Shown here: positions 24,899 to 36,665 of the stretch, in pieces
Layout: the number at the start of each line of letters is the position of its first letter
How positions within the stretch are numbered: position 1 is the first letter of the stretch
From: Pseudovirgaria hyperparasitica
Lineage: Eukaryota
DNA: 64,000 nucleotides
Strand: one strand, 5' to 3'
NCBI GenBank assembly: GCA_010093815.1
Contig: ML996577.1
The notes under the pieces: generated by a model
Databases searched by the model: none
The model's input: only the letters and a program-made list of their open reading frames with translations
Told to the model about the DNA's origin: nothing
Translations under genes and position numbers: made by a program

Positions 24899-26715
24899 TT
24901 ACGTCGCTTCCATCTTCTCCGTACTCTCGTTCTCTTTCGTCTCGATGTCGCTACCAGTTCCTACAGCCCTACTTGGTCTCCTGAACTCCGAATCATCGCC
25001 AAATCCGCCAGCCTTCTGAATCTGAATACTTTCCTTCACTGCTCCTTTCTTAAGGAACAGCCAATCGATCTCCTCAAGTGTGAGGTTAGTGGTTTCCGGA
25101 TAGCAGAAGTAAATGAGTGGAACGAAAGAGAAATTTAGACACATAAAAATAAGGTACCCTTTCCACTTCAGATTTTGAATCAGCGTAGGCGTCACCATCA
25201 CAACGAAGAAGTTCCACCTTGATCAAACCAATTAGCAAGCTTCATGTACCGCCGCCACATCGAGAAACTTACAGCCAATTACTCGAAATTCCAACCGCAG
25301 AACCTTTTGCTCTTACGTGCAAGGGCAGAATTTCGGGGACGTAGACCCATGGAATGCAATTCGCTGTCGCTCCGAATATGAGCATGTAAGTGAAGAAGAA
25401 AGTAATACTGGCGGAAGCCGTGGGCTTTTCAACCGATGTGCCGGCGAAACTCAACAGAATCGCAATGAGCATCATGGAGATGCCCAAGCCAAAGCTACCC
25501 CACATCATGGGCTTGCGTCTCCCCATGCGATCGAGGAAAAAGGTCGGGACCAGAGAGCCGAAGAAGAACATTGCGTTGATACAGCCCCCAAGAATGAGAG
25601 CCAGATTGCGGTCAAGCCTCACGTTATTCTGATGACATCAGCGCCAGCACTGTTTATGAGTCCTGGTCTCCCTTACCTGTAACACTGATATAATATAGTA
25701 CTATTCATGTGTCAGTAATCCATACACTTCAGCAGCTTAATGGTACTTACGACAACTAAATTGATGCCTCCCATTTGATTCATAAATTGCATACCATATG
25801 CGAGGAACACTCTGCGCCCGGTCTGTACATGATCACGCTTAAACAGCTCCGACCACTTGTACGCGCCGTTCTCCTCTTCCATGGCGATGGCATCCAGTAC
25901 TTCATTTTGCTCCTTGACAATCTTGGGCGCATCGGGTGGGAGATCATACACATCGCAAAGCACCTGCAGCGCTTCCTCATGCTTCCCATGCTTATACAAA
26001 TACCGTGGACTTTCCGGCAGCCCAAAGACCAACCCAATGACCACCTACACAGGCTATCAGTTCGCATCTCGATCGCATGATTGTTTCACAGACTCACAAA
26101 GGCAAAAATAACCTGACACGCAATCGGAAGCCTCCAAGCAATACTTCCCTCGGCAAAATTCATCCCGTAGTCAAACCAATACGCGATCTCGATTCCAACG
26201 CCCACAAACAGCGGCTCACTACTCACCAGCCGCCCCCTTTTCTCTGCCTCACACAGCTCGCTCTGATACATTGGCACCGTGCTCGTCTCGATGCCTGTGC
26301 CAATGCCCGTGATGAATCTTGCAATCATGATATGCGGTACGCTGAACGCACACGCCTGGAGAGCGCCGCCCACGATGATCCAGCACATGGCGATCCACAT
26401 AGCCAGGCGACGACCCGTACGCTCGCAGAAGATGAAGGACAGGATGCAGCCTGTGAAGCAGCCCAGGTTATAGATGGACACAATTATGCCTTCGAGGGAA
26501 GGGTTAGGGTGATTGAACTGGGCACGGAAGCTTTCGTTGCCGACGATGCCACTGAAAACTCCTTGATCGTAGCCTTTAGGGTATGTCAGTGGTTTGGTGA
26601 GATTGTGTAGGAAGAAGACGAGTTAGATACCGAAGAGCACGAATGCCATCTGGCAAGCGACAGTGATGGCAGCACGCAGCTTGAAGCCGCGACCATACAT
26701 GTTGAACTTGAACAT
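24899..26715 (-). CDS. MFS sugar porter, Stl1-like (multi-exon)
   Basis: FVLFG-YDQG, PMYQSE..RG.L, WRLPIACQ, PESPRYL, DRMGRR, PWVYVPEILPL, PET motifs; start at 26715 or 26700. Confidence 0.92.
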
Positions 26716-27106
26716 GGTAAACACAGCCTCAAGATGCGTTTCTGGGCTTATCGAACGCAAGGAGAATGTACAGCTTGCAGAGCGTAGGAGACGATGCTCG
26801 GAAGACTGCGACGAAGTTTGTACTGCCACAAATACAGGACAACAGTCGCCCTTAACACGAGACAGTTCGCCGGAATCGGGACCTAGCTATCCTCGCTCTA
26901 TCAATACCACGAGGCCATCGGAGATGGTGGGCCGTAAAGCAAGGGATTTACACGCCTTAATCTAAGTTGAATGGCGGATGCATCTGCAACGGCAAAAACA
27001 TCGCTCGGCTGACCTGCATCAAGTCGCAGCTCTGGTGAGCCACAACGTCAACCGGCACATTTGATCGCTCCGTTGCGCGGGTATCTTTCTACGGGATGGG
27101 GCGGGT

Positions 27107-27234
27107 GCGGGGATTCTGGGGTAACATCAACAGCCATTTATCTGGGGTTGATGGTTTTAGTTGTATGGACAATGATTCGTGCCCCACCAAGCTAAGCTGG
27201 ATGGAATACCAGGGCTCATTGACTCAAAGTGGAG
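27107..27234. promoter_or_regulatory. Cluster of CreA/Mig1-type SYGGRG sites upstream of the sugar porter
   Basis: GCGGGG 27107, CTGGGG 27116, CTGGGG 27142, CCCCAC 27182, GTGGAG 27229. Confidence 0.55.
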
Positions 27235-27490
27235 TTTCCCATTACGACCACGTGTCCTAGTAGACTATTTGAGACGATCAATGCTAGATCATGTGCTAAG
27301 AAAGTGGACTTTGAAGAGTTGCTTTCGATTGAACTAATAGTTCCATGTGGAACAAGGCTGCGGGATATACTGGATGGGCAGCAGCAGCCATATGTTTATA
27401 CCATAATGGAACCTTTACGCCATAACTACAATTAACCACCAACTCCTCGGAGAGTGCAACCGATGGGAAACGAATAAACATGTCCTCTCG

Positions 27491-30309
27491 CTAAAAGCCA
27501 CTCAGCGCCTGGGCATTGGGATCCATGTCACCATTATATGGAGGATACATCCAACTCGCGCCAGTCGTCATCATACCCGAAAAGTCTGTGTTGATCATCC
27601 CTAAGCTGCCGAAATCGATCATACTGACATCGAGATTTGGGTCAAAGGTGATATCTGAGAAGTCGGTGTATGTCTGCTGATTGTCATACCATCCGTTCTG
27701 GCCAGGCATTTGGCCATGTTGAGCCTGCGGTTGTTGCGGGAATTGTGCCTGTGGTATCGACGAACGCTGCTGCGTATGGGGTGAATTGCCCATTGCAACC
27801 TCTGATAGTAGTCGTAACCTTGTGGCTTGGTTTTGCGTATGTGGCGCAGAATTAGAGGATGCAGATACATTTTGTTCTTGGGGATTGGTCTGCGGAGCGT
27901 CATCGCCGGCTGGACAGAAATTGACAGAACCGTCAGGATTTCTGGCACCGCCATCTTTGATTTGCTTGAACTTGGTACGCAGGCGCTTGGAAATAAAGAA
28001 GAACTTTCCGTGGGGCGCTTGTCCCTCGTTTGCGACATACGTCTCAAAGGTATCGACCACTCGATCGAGGTAACTGTCAACCTTCAAGTCCTTTTGGTCG
28101 ATAACAGAGCTGATATTGCCGGGCCCATTGATAGCGACCCACATCTTCATGAGACAGACAATTGAATATACGATGCGTACACCTATGATTCGGTCAGTGG
28201 AGGGAGCTAAAACTTCGTTACATACTCACAGAAAATGACAGGCATTGTGCAGCGTTGAGCAAAAGTCATATCAATGAAGCTATCCAAGATACCATGGCAA
28301 GAGTCTAGACACTGGCCCAAAGCTTCGACATGCGCTGGGCCATGGATCTGATGCGCTTCATGTGCCCTGAGGTTGTCACCCATGAATGGTGGGCGAAAAT
28401 CTTCGGTATTTTGAGTTGTGTGCAAAGCAACTTCGTGAATATACAGATTCAGTACGTGCTCTGATAGTGTGACCAATGCTATAAATGTCAGTCTCGCACA
28501 GCTTTGTGTAGAGATATGACTTACGGTCAGTAGCGTCTTTACTGCGCTGTGACTTCAAATCCTGTAAGTGCCGCTTGAAACCATTTACAGCGTACACCAC
28601 TTTCGAATCTTGCATTGTCACAGCAGCGGTAGGGTCGTCCATGGAAAATTGTGTCGCGATGTCTTCCGCGAGTTTCATCAGCTTCACGTGATAGCAGAGC
28701 AAACGATCTGTAGCCAATGCGTCCGGAGACGTCTCCAACATCTCTATACTCTCGTCCATGAATTTCGACCATCGAAGAAGAATCGGCCGGCGCATGACCA
28801 TTGTGATGCTGAGCGCAAGATAGTAGCATATAAGCAGTGCTCTCCGAGCTTCTGGTGAGCCAGAGTCTGGTACTACTCTTCGAAATGGTCCTTGGTTCAT
28901 CTTCATCTGATGAGCATTCACCTTCTTACCCAAGCCTAAGTCAAGGGACATAACAGTCGCTGTATTTGCCATGAGGTAGAAAGCATGCTGCTCAAAGTGG
29001 GGAGGTGGCCTGTACCATAATACTCCTACTTGAAGCGCCTGTACGATTTCCAAAGACTTTTCTCCGTTGCGCCATATGATGTCGGCGCATTGATCTTTGA
29101 AGAGTTGTACAAGTTCATTTTGTGTCGTAGGACTGACGGCTTTTTTTGTGAACGAGAAGGACGCCGCGGTTACTATAGAGAGGAATAACAGCGGTTTCTT
29201 TTCGCGCATCTCTTTCGCGGAGGTACCTGGTGCTAAGACAACTGCTGGGAAATGCGTGGTGATGTCTGTTTTATAACGTTCAAACACCACCTCGGCCATT
29301 GCGACCCCCAATATTTCATCAATACGTTTTATGATATTCGAATGATCGAAGACCAAGGGCTTCTGTGCTCCAGGTGCCATAGAGGGAGGGTCTGGTGGCG
29401 AGGATTTTGCTGACGAGCCATTGTGCGGATTGCCCTCTATCCGCCTTTTCTTGTGCCCAGGACTTTGAGGGGAGTCTTGGCTTTGTCGTTCGGACCAGGT
29501 TCTTGCCGGTGTTGCAAAAGTCTGGGCAGAGGGAGTCTGGTGAGCGCTTGAGTTGTACGACAGACTCGGTGCTGGGAAGTTCGGAGTGGAACCAAAGGTC
29601 GGATAACTCGGGTAACTACTTTCTTGCGATGCTTGAGTGACTTGCTGCGCAGCTTGAGCGCGTACAACAGCACTAAGCTCGTCAACTTGCTGCTTGAGTT
29701 GCGTTATCAAGCTCACGTCCTTCTTCTGTCGCTTCTTTGAAGCTGGCGTTGTGACGCTGTCGTTACAAGGTCAATATCCATCTTGAGGTTGTGGCTCTTA
29801 GGCTCTCACCAATTCTTCTTCGTCCGTCTACATCGCTTACACAGGGCATCATTCGGATCATCCGCAGGTTCACATCGCACCTGCTTGCTGTTAGCCCAGA
29901 TCTGGAGCATCTTAGACAAGGTATACCTTTAGAGTTCTGCAGTTATCGCATGCGCGAGATCGCTTCGCATCATCGCCGCCGTGCTGTTGGGCACTATGAT
30001 CTCCAATCAGCTAAACATCCTGACTATAGTCCTCTAGCAGCTTTTGCCATACCTAACGGATCCCGGATCACCGCCATGCTCCTCCTCGTCGTCATGGTCA
30101 TGTCTCTCGCCGTGGCTTGCATTCGAAGCTCCGCCGGGTGTAAATTGATTCAGGCCAGGATCTATCGGGTTGTTGGCATTCATAGGTGGGAGGAAATAGG
30201 GGTGTGAGTCATTTCCGCCGCTGGTAGTTGCGGGCGCGGAGGGTCGGTTGTCATACTGCTGCGAACGGCCTGAAAACAGTTCAGGGTCGATCGAGATGTC
30301 CGTCGACAT
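27491..30309 (-). CDS. Zn(II)2Cys6 transcription factor with fungal middle homology region (War1-like), multi-exon
   Basis: Binuclear cluster rebuilt across small exons at ~29720-29995: RSRACDNCRTLK/VRCEP..CKRCRRTKKN/CVTTPASKKRQKK; MHR motifs PLLFLSI, KSLEIVQAL, EARRALL. Confidence 0.9.
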
Positions 30310-32013
30310 ATCCAGACTGATTTAGATAAGTTTTATGTCGGTGTCGGGCATCGGTCACGATGCAACTTCCGATGCGGGCGCGGAGACGCGGAGTAGGTGC
30401 AACCTTGTGCTCGGCCAAACTAGTGGCTTAAATACCCGAATTAGCCCCGAATCCATATACGACAATGGCCGAGTCATATTCGTGTCTGATACTTTCTAGG
30501 TTGTAAGCTTCTGCGGATGCGAAATTGGTGTGCTCCGATGTTCGAATAACATTCATATTGCAGGCAATGGACGTCTATGATGCGCAGACAAGGTCGTGGA
30601 TGCCCAGGTACGCTCCTTGTCGGGCCTATTCCATGCACCTACGGCGTAGCCTGCATGAGCTCAGATCAAAACCCTTTGTCTCTTGGTAGCCTTAATTAGA
30701 TGAAGCATTGATAAAGGCATTCGACTACAGAAGGGCCGACATTCGCATACACCGCTCTCACAAGGCTGGCTGCGCGCGGGGAGGAAGGGCCCGAGTCATT
30801 TCTACAATGCACGAATATGGCCTCCTACTCCATTCTGTCCTCCTCCAAGAACATCGTTAACCAGAGCTGTCTTCAACAGTCCTCAGGCTAACTTCTGCGC
30901 GGATTAGCTGGCTGGCGTGGACATGTTTAACAGCAGGCACGCCTGATCAATATGGCATCACCCCTTGGACTATAACACTGTTTAATGTTCAAAAGCATCC
31001 CAGGCCTCACAACTAGAGCGGTGTTGAGATTGCGCAGACGAAATGCAGCGTCAAACATTCGCTTTGCAGGGTGATAGCATGATGCTAGATCACGGTAGAT
31101 CTAGCTACCTCATACCTCTCGGGCTGACTCTTCAGGCTTGCTGAGAGCTGGGTCGAGGAGTAGGCATATTCAGAAGGCTAAAGGCTTCGACGGAATGGAA
31201 ATGAGGATCAGCGGAAGTCCGTGAAATCATCTGGCTCCATTATTCGCAGCCTCGCTCTACAATATTGAATGACGTTTACTAGCATCCACCCCAGATTCAC
31301 GTCAGTAATACCCTCAAACTGCTTCATATGCTCCAAGAAACGTTTAGACGTGGTACGATTGGTAGCCTTGTTAGGTGCAGCAAAACGATGTGGACTTCTA
31401 GCAAGGTCTGTGGTTTGATATTGCCCTGGTGAGCTGGACCAGCGATACAAATGTATGCGAACAATATGTAATACGTACGATGATTTGAGATGTACAAGAT
31501 ATTGAGTTCCGGCAGGCACCGTTTTTTAGACATTCCAATGCTCGCCATGATTTACATCGTTTGACAGAGTATGCAGGGAGGTAGTCACATGCGAGGTGGT
31601 AGCAGACCCCTTACTTGGCCTCAACCTTTCGACACTGGTAAGGTCGCTCAAATGTGCCGGGAACATTTTCCACGTTGAATTCAAGCGATGTCTGGGGTGC
31701 TCGGATTTTGCTTGCGACTCTTAATTTTTGCAGTATATTATATGCTGGATCTAATGCAGCCATGCAAGGGCTTTAGCATCAATGCCTTGACACATATACA
31801 ACACATAACTCATAAGAGCTCCGACCTCGAACATGTGCTGCAGATCCTAGTTCCCGCGAAAGGTCTTATAGCGCCTAAGCAACATTATACCATCGTAGCA
31901 TGTAATCTGATGGAGCTCCAAACTTTTGGGCGTCCTGTATCGTACAATAACAGCCTTGCGCCTCTGAAAAGCACCACCCTCCAAAACGCCAAACCTATGT
32001 GCCTTTGCTATGC

Positions 32014-33094
32014 TTACGCCCTGGAGAATGCATATCTGGGTAACATAGCACGCTTCTCTTCCGGAGAAGTCTCATTGTCGCTGTAGATAAGTTTGATAGC
32101 CTTAGTGTCCTTCTTAGGCTTCCTCTCCGGGTCGTCTGCCAAAGCTTTGGCTACTGTGGCCTTGCGTGCAGCATCTGCGATGAGGTCATCGATAGAAGTT
32201 CCTGGACCTGATCCATCTGGCGGATTTGAAACGACACGCACACCTGGCGGAGGAGCTGGCAATGAGGCTGGTGGACCTTGACCGTTAAATGGTGCTCCAG
32301 GGTATTGGACCGAGGGTGCACCCCCAAATTGCGGCTGACCGTATGGTTGTTGCGATTGCGGCTGGCCGTATTGGAACTGACCAGGCTATACGGCATTAGC
32401 AAACAGTTTAGTATTCCGAAGAATTTGTAGAGCCAACAAGTTCGATGATTAGACAAGCTGGTAGATAGAAACAGCTTGACAACCAAACGAGCTCGACCGC
32501 TAACAAGCTCAGAGACAAGACTTACAACTCCAGGACTATTACTCGCGGGCGGCGCGCTCACCGGCGCATTCGCTCGTTTCACTCTGTGCTCAGCTAGCCT
32601 CTTCTTCAGTTCTTCCACGGTCGGTTTCCTTCGCGGCTCTTTCTGGGGTCCACCCTGACCAGGAGGAGGGTTTCCCGTATTTTGCCTGCGATCTGCTTCT
32701 GCCTGGTAGAAATTCTGCAAGACACGCTGTTGATGTGCCTGCTTGATGTCGTCTGGAATTCCTTCCATGCCGAAAATCTCCACTTCCAACCCCTTACGGT
32801 TTTCCAATGCATTCTCGACGAAATGTAATTGTTCTTTGTGGACTTGGTTCATATGTACAGAAAGACCTAGCTCGATCTGTGAGTATGCATACGATTAAGG
32901 TAGTGAGAGGTTCAGAAGGACATACCACCAGCGGTGTTTAGTCTCCGGCCACATCGCTCGCACTTGAAGTGCTTCGCTTTTTGATGTCGTATCAAATTCA
33001 ACATGTCTGTGAAGTCGCGCTCGCAGTAGTAGCACCACGGCTTCCCAAGCTCATCCTCAACAGTCGGGAAGTTCTTTCTCTTTTTACCACCCAT
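32014..33094 (-). CDS. C2H2 zinc finger protein, ZNF207/BuGZ-like (3 exons)
   Basis: KPWCYYCERDF..HQKAKHFKCERC.RRLNTAGGLSVHMNQVHKE, EIFGMEGIP and C-terminal SPEEKRA.LPRY motifs. Confidence 0.9.
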
Positions 33095-33409
33095 CTTGAT
33101 GGTGTTTCCGGTCTATAGAAGCTAAAGAACGTGATGAATGCGAAAATATACTGGAAACAACGTGCTGAAGTTCTTCGGATTATGAGTCGTCGTGCTGGCG
33201 CGTAAACCGAGGGTTCGCGATCGTGAACAGAGAGCTTCCTGGAAAGCTTCATGGGTAAACCGCGGCAGTCGGCTCGCTACCTTATCCATACAACTTTCCA
33301 CCCGCGCGCGTTCAGTTCAGTCTTTCATACTACGACTTGGCAATAATTACCAACGATCTTTCTCCGCCTGTTCTCTCTTCCCCAAATCCTCAGCTTCGTA
33401 TTTTCCACC

Positions 33410-33888
33410 ATGTCGATGTACCCAACCTCCACGAAGTCCTTGCGCGCGTGCATGATCTGCAGCATCGTGCTCCCAAACACGACCTTCGTAAACCAAGGCT
33501 GCCCAAACTGCGAGCACTTCCTCGAACTTCAAGGTTCATCCGAAGCCGTTCATGAAAACACATCGTCCGTATACGAGGGCCTGATCACGCTGGCTGACCC
33601 GACGACGAGCTGGGTTGCGAAGTGGCAGCGGCTGGATAGTTATGTGGCGGGCATATATGCTACAAAGGTTGAGGGCATTGTGAGTGTTGCTTGACACCCT
33701 TGGGTATCACATGGCTATGATAGAGTGCTGATCTTGTGCAGTTGCCCCCAGATTCGAAAGCAGCAGCAGCGAGGGCAGGTGTACAGTATATACCGTATGA
33801 GCCTCCACCAGCCATGGTTATCAATACTAACATACCTAGGCGCGACGGAAGCGCAACGGAAGATAGTGGCGAAGTTGATGAAGATTGA
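33410..33888 (+). CDS. SPT4: Transcription elongation factor Spt4 (3 exons)
   Basis: [50 protein letters not shown]. Confidence 0.95.
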
Positions 33889-34136
33889 GCGCACATAGGG
33901 AAGATTCATTGAATTAGCGACGGCGTTGGTTACAGGTACACGAAACACATAGAAGCAAGTTGCGAAATAGGGCAGAGGGACACTTCCTATACGTCTAGTC
34001 GACGGGTATCATTGAGGATTCTCGCCATAGTATGGACATCTGGAATCTAGGCCCCGATGCGCCATTGTAAAATGCAAAATCCCAGGCATGCCTCTCGTAA
34101 ACCTATAAACTCCAAGCAACACCGGAACCTGACGCT

Positions 34137-35957
34137 TTATATGCAAAATATTAGGGCTGTGGTTATGAGCGTAGAAGCGAGTGCAGTTACAGTCTTCGCG
34201 TGCAGTTCAATCCCGGAGTTGAGGACGAAGATCGATAGCGGATCGTTGCACTGGTCGTCGAGCCCATAGCTCTGAGACATCATCTTTCCTTCAGTCGGAC
34301 AGCCGAAGCCCATTTTGGCTGGACAGCTTCGTACGAGGGCGTAGCAAAGATCCCGACAAGGAAGCAACTCTTTGTACGGGCCCGGCTTGATCTGGTCATC
34401 AATCATGGCATTCCTCGAGCTATTTGTCGCGATTCTGTCTTTTAAAGTCTGGTTTGAATAGGGGCTGTCGGCAGCGATCGGAGTTCCGTTGAAGAAGTTA
34501 TAGCCGAGGCTGCGAGGTTGCAAAAATCCGATTGAGCTGTACAGGTCGTAACAGCGTGGGATCGTGACTGCACAAAGCCAATGCTTGTAGTCGTTGGCGC
34601 AATCTGTGCAATTTCGAGCTAGCGAGTATTGATCCGTGACACGTGCCTCACATGGCGTTTGCTGTAGAGAGTAGTTGAATCCAGTATATAAGTTCTTCGC
34701 AGTATCATCGTAGAGCTGCGCCAAAGAAGTCGCATTGAATGAGTTGGGATTAGTGGGGACGGCGTATGCAACCTCCGAGCAAAAAGAAAGTCCAAATATG
34801 ATTTGGCAGTTTCCATCTTTACAAGTTAGTATGGCGACCGATGCAGACAAGTCTGATACCAACTTACCTGGCTTCGTCTCAAATGTCTTGCTGGGCCATA
34901 CTGTGCCACCGCCTCCTATTACCGGCACCGCAACATCATCTGATTGACTATTGCCTTTGCGGGCCCAATATCCTACGAAGCTGGAACTTGAGTTGAGCCC
35001 CTGCACAAAAACTTGCTGCTGGGGCGTGCGGTTTTTCGACCCGCGAAATGTTGTAGCCGTTGTAATGTTGAGATTCAAAGTCTTTATTGATGCATCTCGA
35101 ATGGCACAGTATGACTTCTCCATGCCCGTCACAAGAGACGAGTTACTCGGCATCGGATAGACGGTATAAGGGGGGTTACCATCTTCAAACTGGCGCCAAT
35201 CCGCTACGTCCGTTGTGTTCGTAATGAATAGCGCAGCTTTGGAATCCGTGTCCATTACAGCCCATGGATACTCCTGATCCGACCACGAGTGATAGGGGGC
35301 GTCTCGTGAAGCTCCCACAGAGACAGTATATCCTCCCTCCATCCCGTCTGGTCGCTCTGGGGCGCTGATGCCGATATACACTATCTTCTGCGAAGAAACG
35401 TTATAGCTCACAAAGCCTTGGTCGAATGCCCTCATTTCGCTGTTGGCTGTGTTCGTTGGACCCGGCGTCGTGTTACTCTCATCAGTTGAGAGGTAAAGAG
35501 TCAGCTGCGGCGCCTCCGCACTGGATGTGCTATTCGCAACTGGCTGAGAGCAAGTATTCACAGTGACATAGACATCCGAGGCCTCAGCTTCAGCCGTGCC
35601 AAATTGGAAGAATATGCTGCTACCTGGCTCCACAGACGTATCATAACCCAGATTATTGGTTAGACCACTGGCCTGTCTCTTATCTTGTCGGCCTGTTATC
35701 CATCTGTTCAGCCCCAAGAATTCTGCCTCATACATATCATTGCTCTTGTCTCCGACCTCCACACCATCCCCTTGCAGATTGAGTTGCGGTTCAGCTATCC
35801 GATGGTGATTATGGTCTTGGTTAAGTATCGAGTCCAGCTCGGCGGCATATGCGAATTGTGCTTGGGTGATCGGGGCGCACATCATGAGTAAAAGAGCGAG
35901 TTGTGTGAGGACCGCGGATCTACGCGCCCGTAAGGACGTGAGGTATATGAACTGCAT
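34137..35957 (-). CDS. MID1: Calcium influx channel subunit Mid1; probable intron 34817-34867
   Basis: Signal peptide, DHNH motif, DTDS, Cys-rich C-terminal domain (FCSEVAYAVP, CANDYKHWLCAVTIPRC, PC.DLCY.LVRSCP..GF.CP), hydrophobic tail. Confidence 0.92.
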   Translation of the reverse strand: MQFIYLTSLRARRSAVLTQLALLLMMCAPITQAQFAYAAELDSILNQDHNHHRIAEPQLNLQGDGVEVGDKSNDMYEAEFLGLNRWITGRQDKRQASGLTNNLGYDTSVEPGSSIFFQFGTAEAEASDVYVTVNTCSQPVANSTSSAEAPQLTLYLSTDESNTTPGPTNTANSEMRAFDQGFVSYNVSSQKIVYIGISAPERPDGMEGGYTVSVGASRDAPYHSWSDQEYPWAVMDTDSKAALFITNTTDVADWRQFEDGNPPYTVYPMPSNSSLVTGMEKSYCAIRDASIKTLNLNITTATTFRGSKNRTPQQQVFVQGLNSSSSFVGYWARKGNSQSDDVAVPVIGGGGTVWPSKTFETKPGKLVSDLSASVAILTCKDGNCQIIFGLSFCSEVAYAVPTNPNSFNATSLAQLYDDTAKNLYTGFNYSLQQTPCEARVTDQYSLARNCTDCANDYKHWLCAVTIPRCYDLYSSIGFLQPRSLGYNFFNGTPIAADSPYSNQTLKDRIATNSSRNAMIDDQIKPGPYKELLPCRDLCYALVRSCPAKMGFGCPTEGKMMSQSYGLDDQCNDPLSIFVLNSGIELHAKTVTALASTLITTALIFCI

Positions 35958-36665
35958 CCTCGTAAAGCGGTACGCCGTCGAAAACTACGCGCCGCAGCGC
36001 AAAGATTCCAGGCTACTTCCACTTGTGGACAAGCTCTCGGGGGACCATTAGCGAAAGTACCAGAGCTATCAAATTCGTTCGATCCTGCGCGGAAAACAAG
36101 GTCTTGTAGATATAGTTATTTGTTGAGGTAGATTCAAGGTGTGAGGTGGAGAATGAGACATCGGCCGACAAGATGCATCGGGCTATGCCTGATAATGCCA
36201 AGACATGGATATATCTTGGCAGGTACTTAGGTAAGTACGTCTGACTACGCCGCTGGTCTGCCTCCAAATCTTGTCACATGCTATTGTTATATAAACGTAT
36301 TTTACGTACAAGACCGTGGTCTCTTCCGGGCGTTGACATAATTCAATCTCAATGACTTTCGTGTACCAGCCTTCTTTTCGCGCAATACCATAATCCGAAG
36401 GTCCATTGATAGGGGTCTATCGCTCCCGGGGCTATGACAATCATACTGCCCAAATACCCCTTTTCGCCCCTGTAAACATCAAGCCCAAAGACCCGTAACA
36501 CGCCAATATCCGTTGTACGCGTCCACTTTTTCAATACTATGTAAGCATCTCCTTTTGCTCACTTGCCTCAAACCCTTCGCCAGTTACCGTATTCGCATAC
36601 TTGAAATTGGTCCCTAAATGCAAAAGATCGTCTTGTGCATTGCTCAAAGGCTGTTCCTCGGAGTG

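Noticed and set aside
24232..24900. Bicistronic MOCS2A/MOCS2B arrangement as in animals
   Set aside because: No MoaE-like ORF downstream of the small subunit
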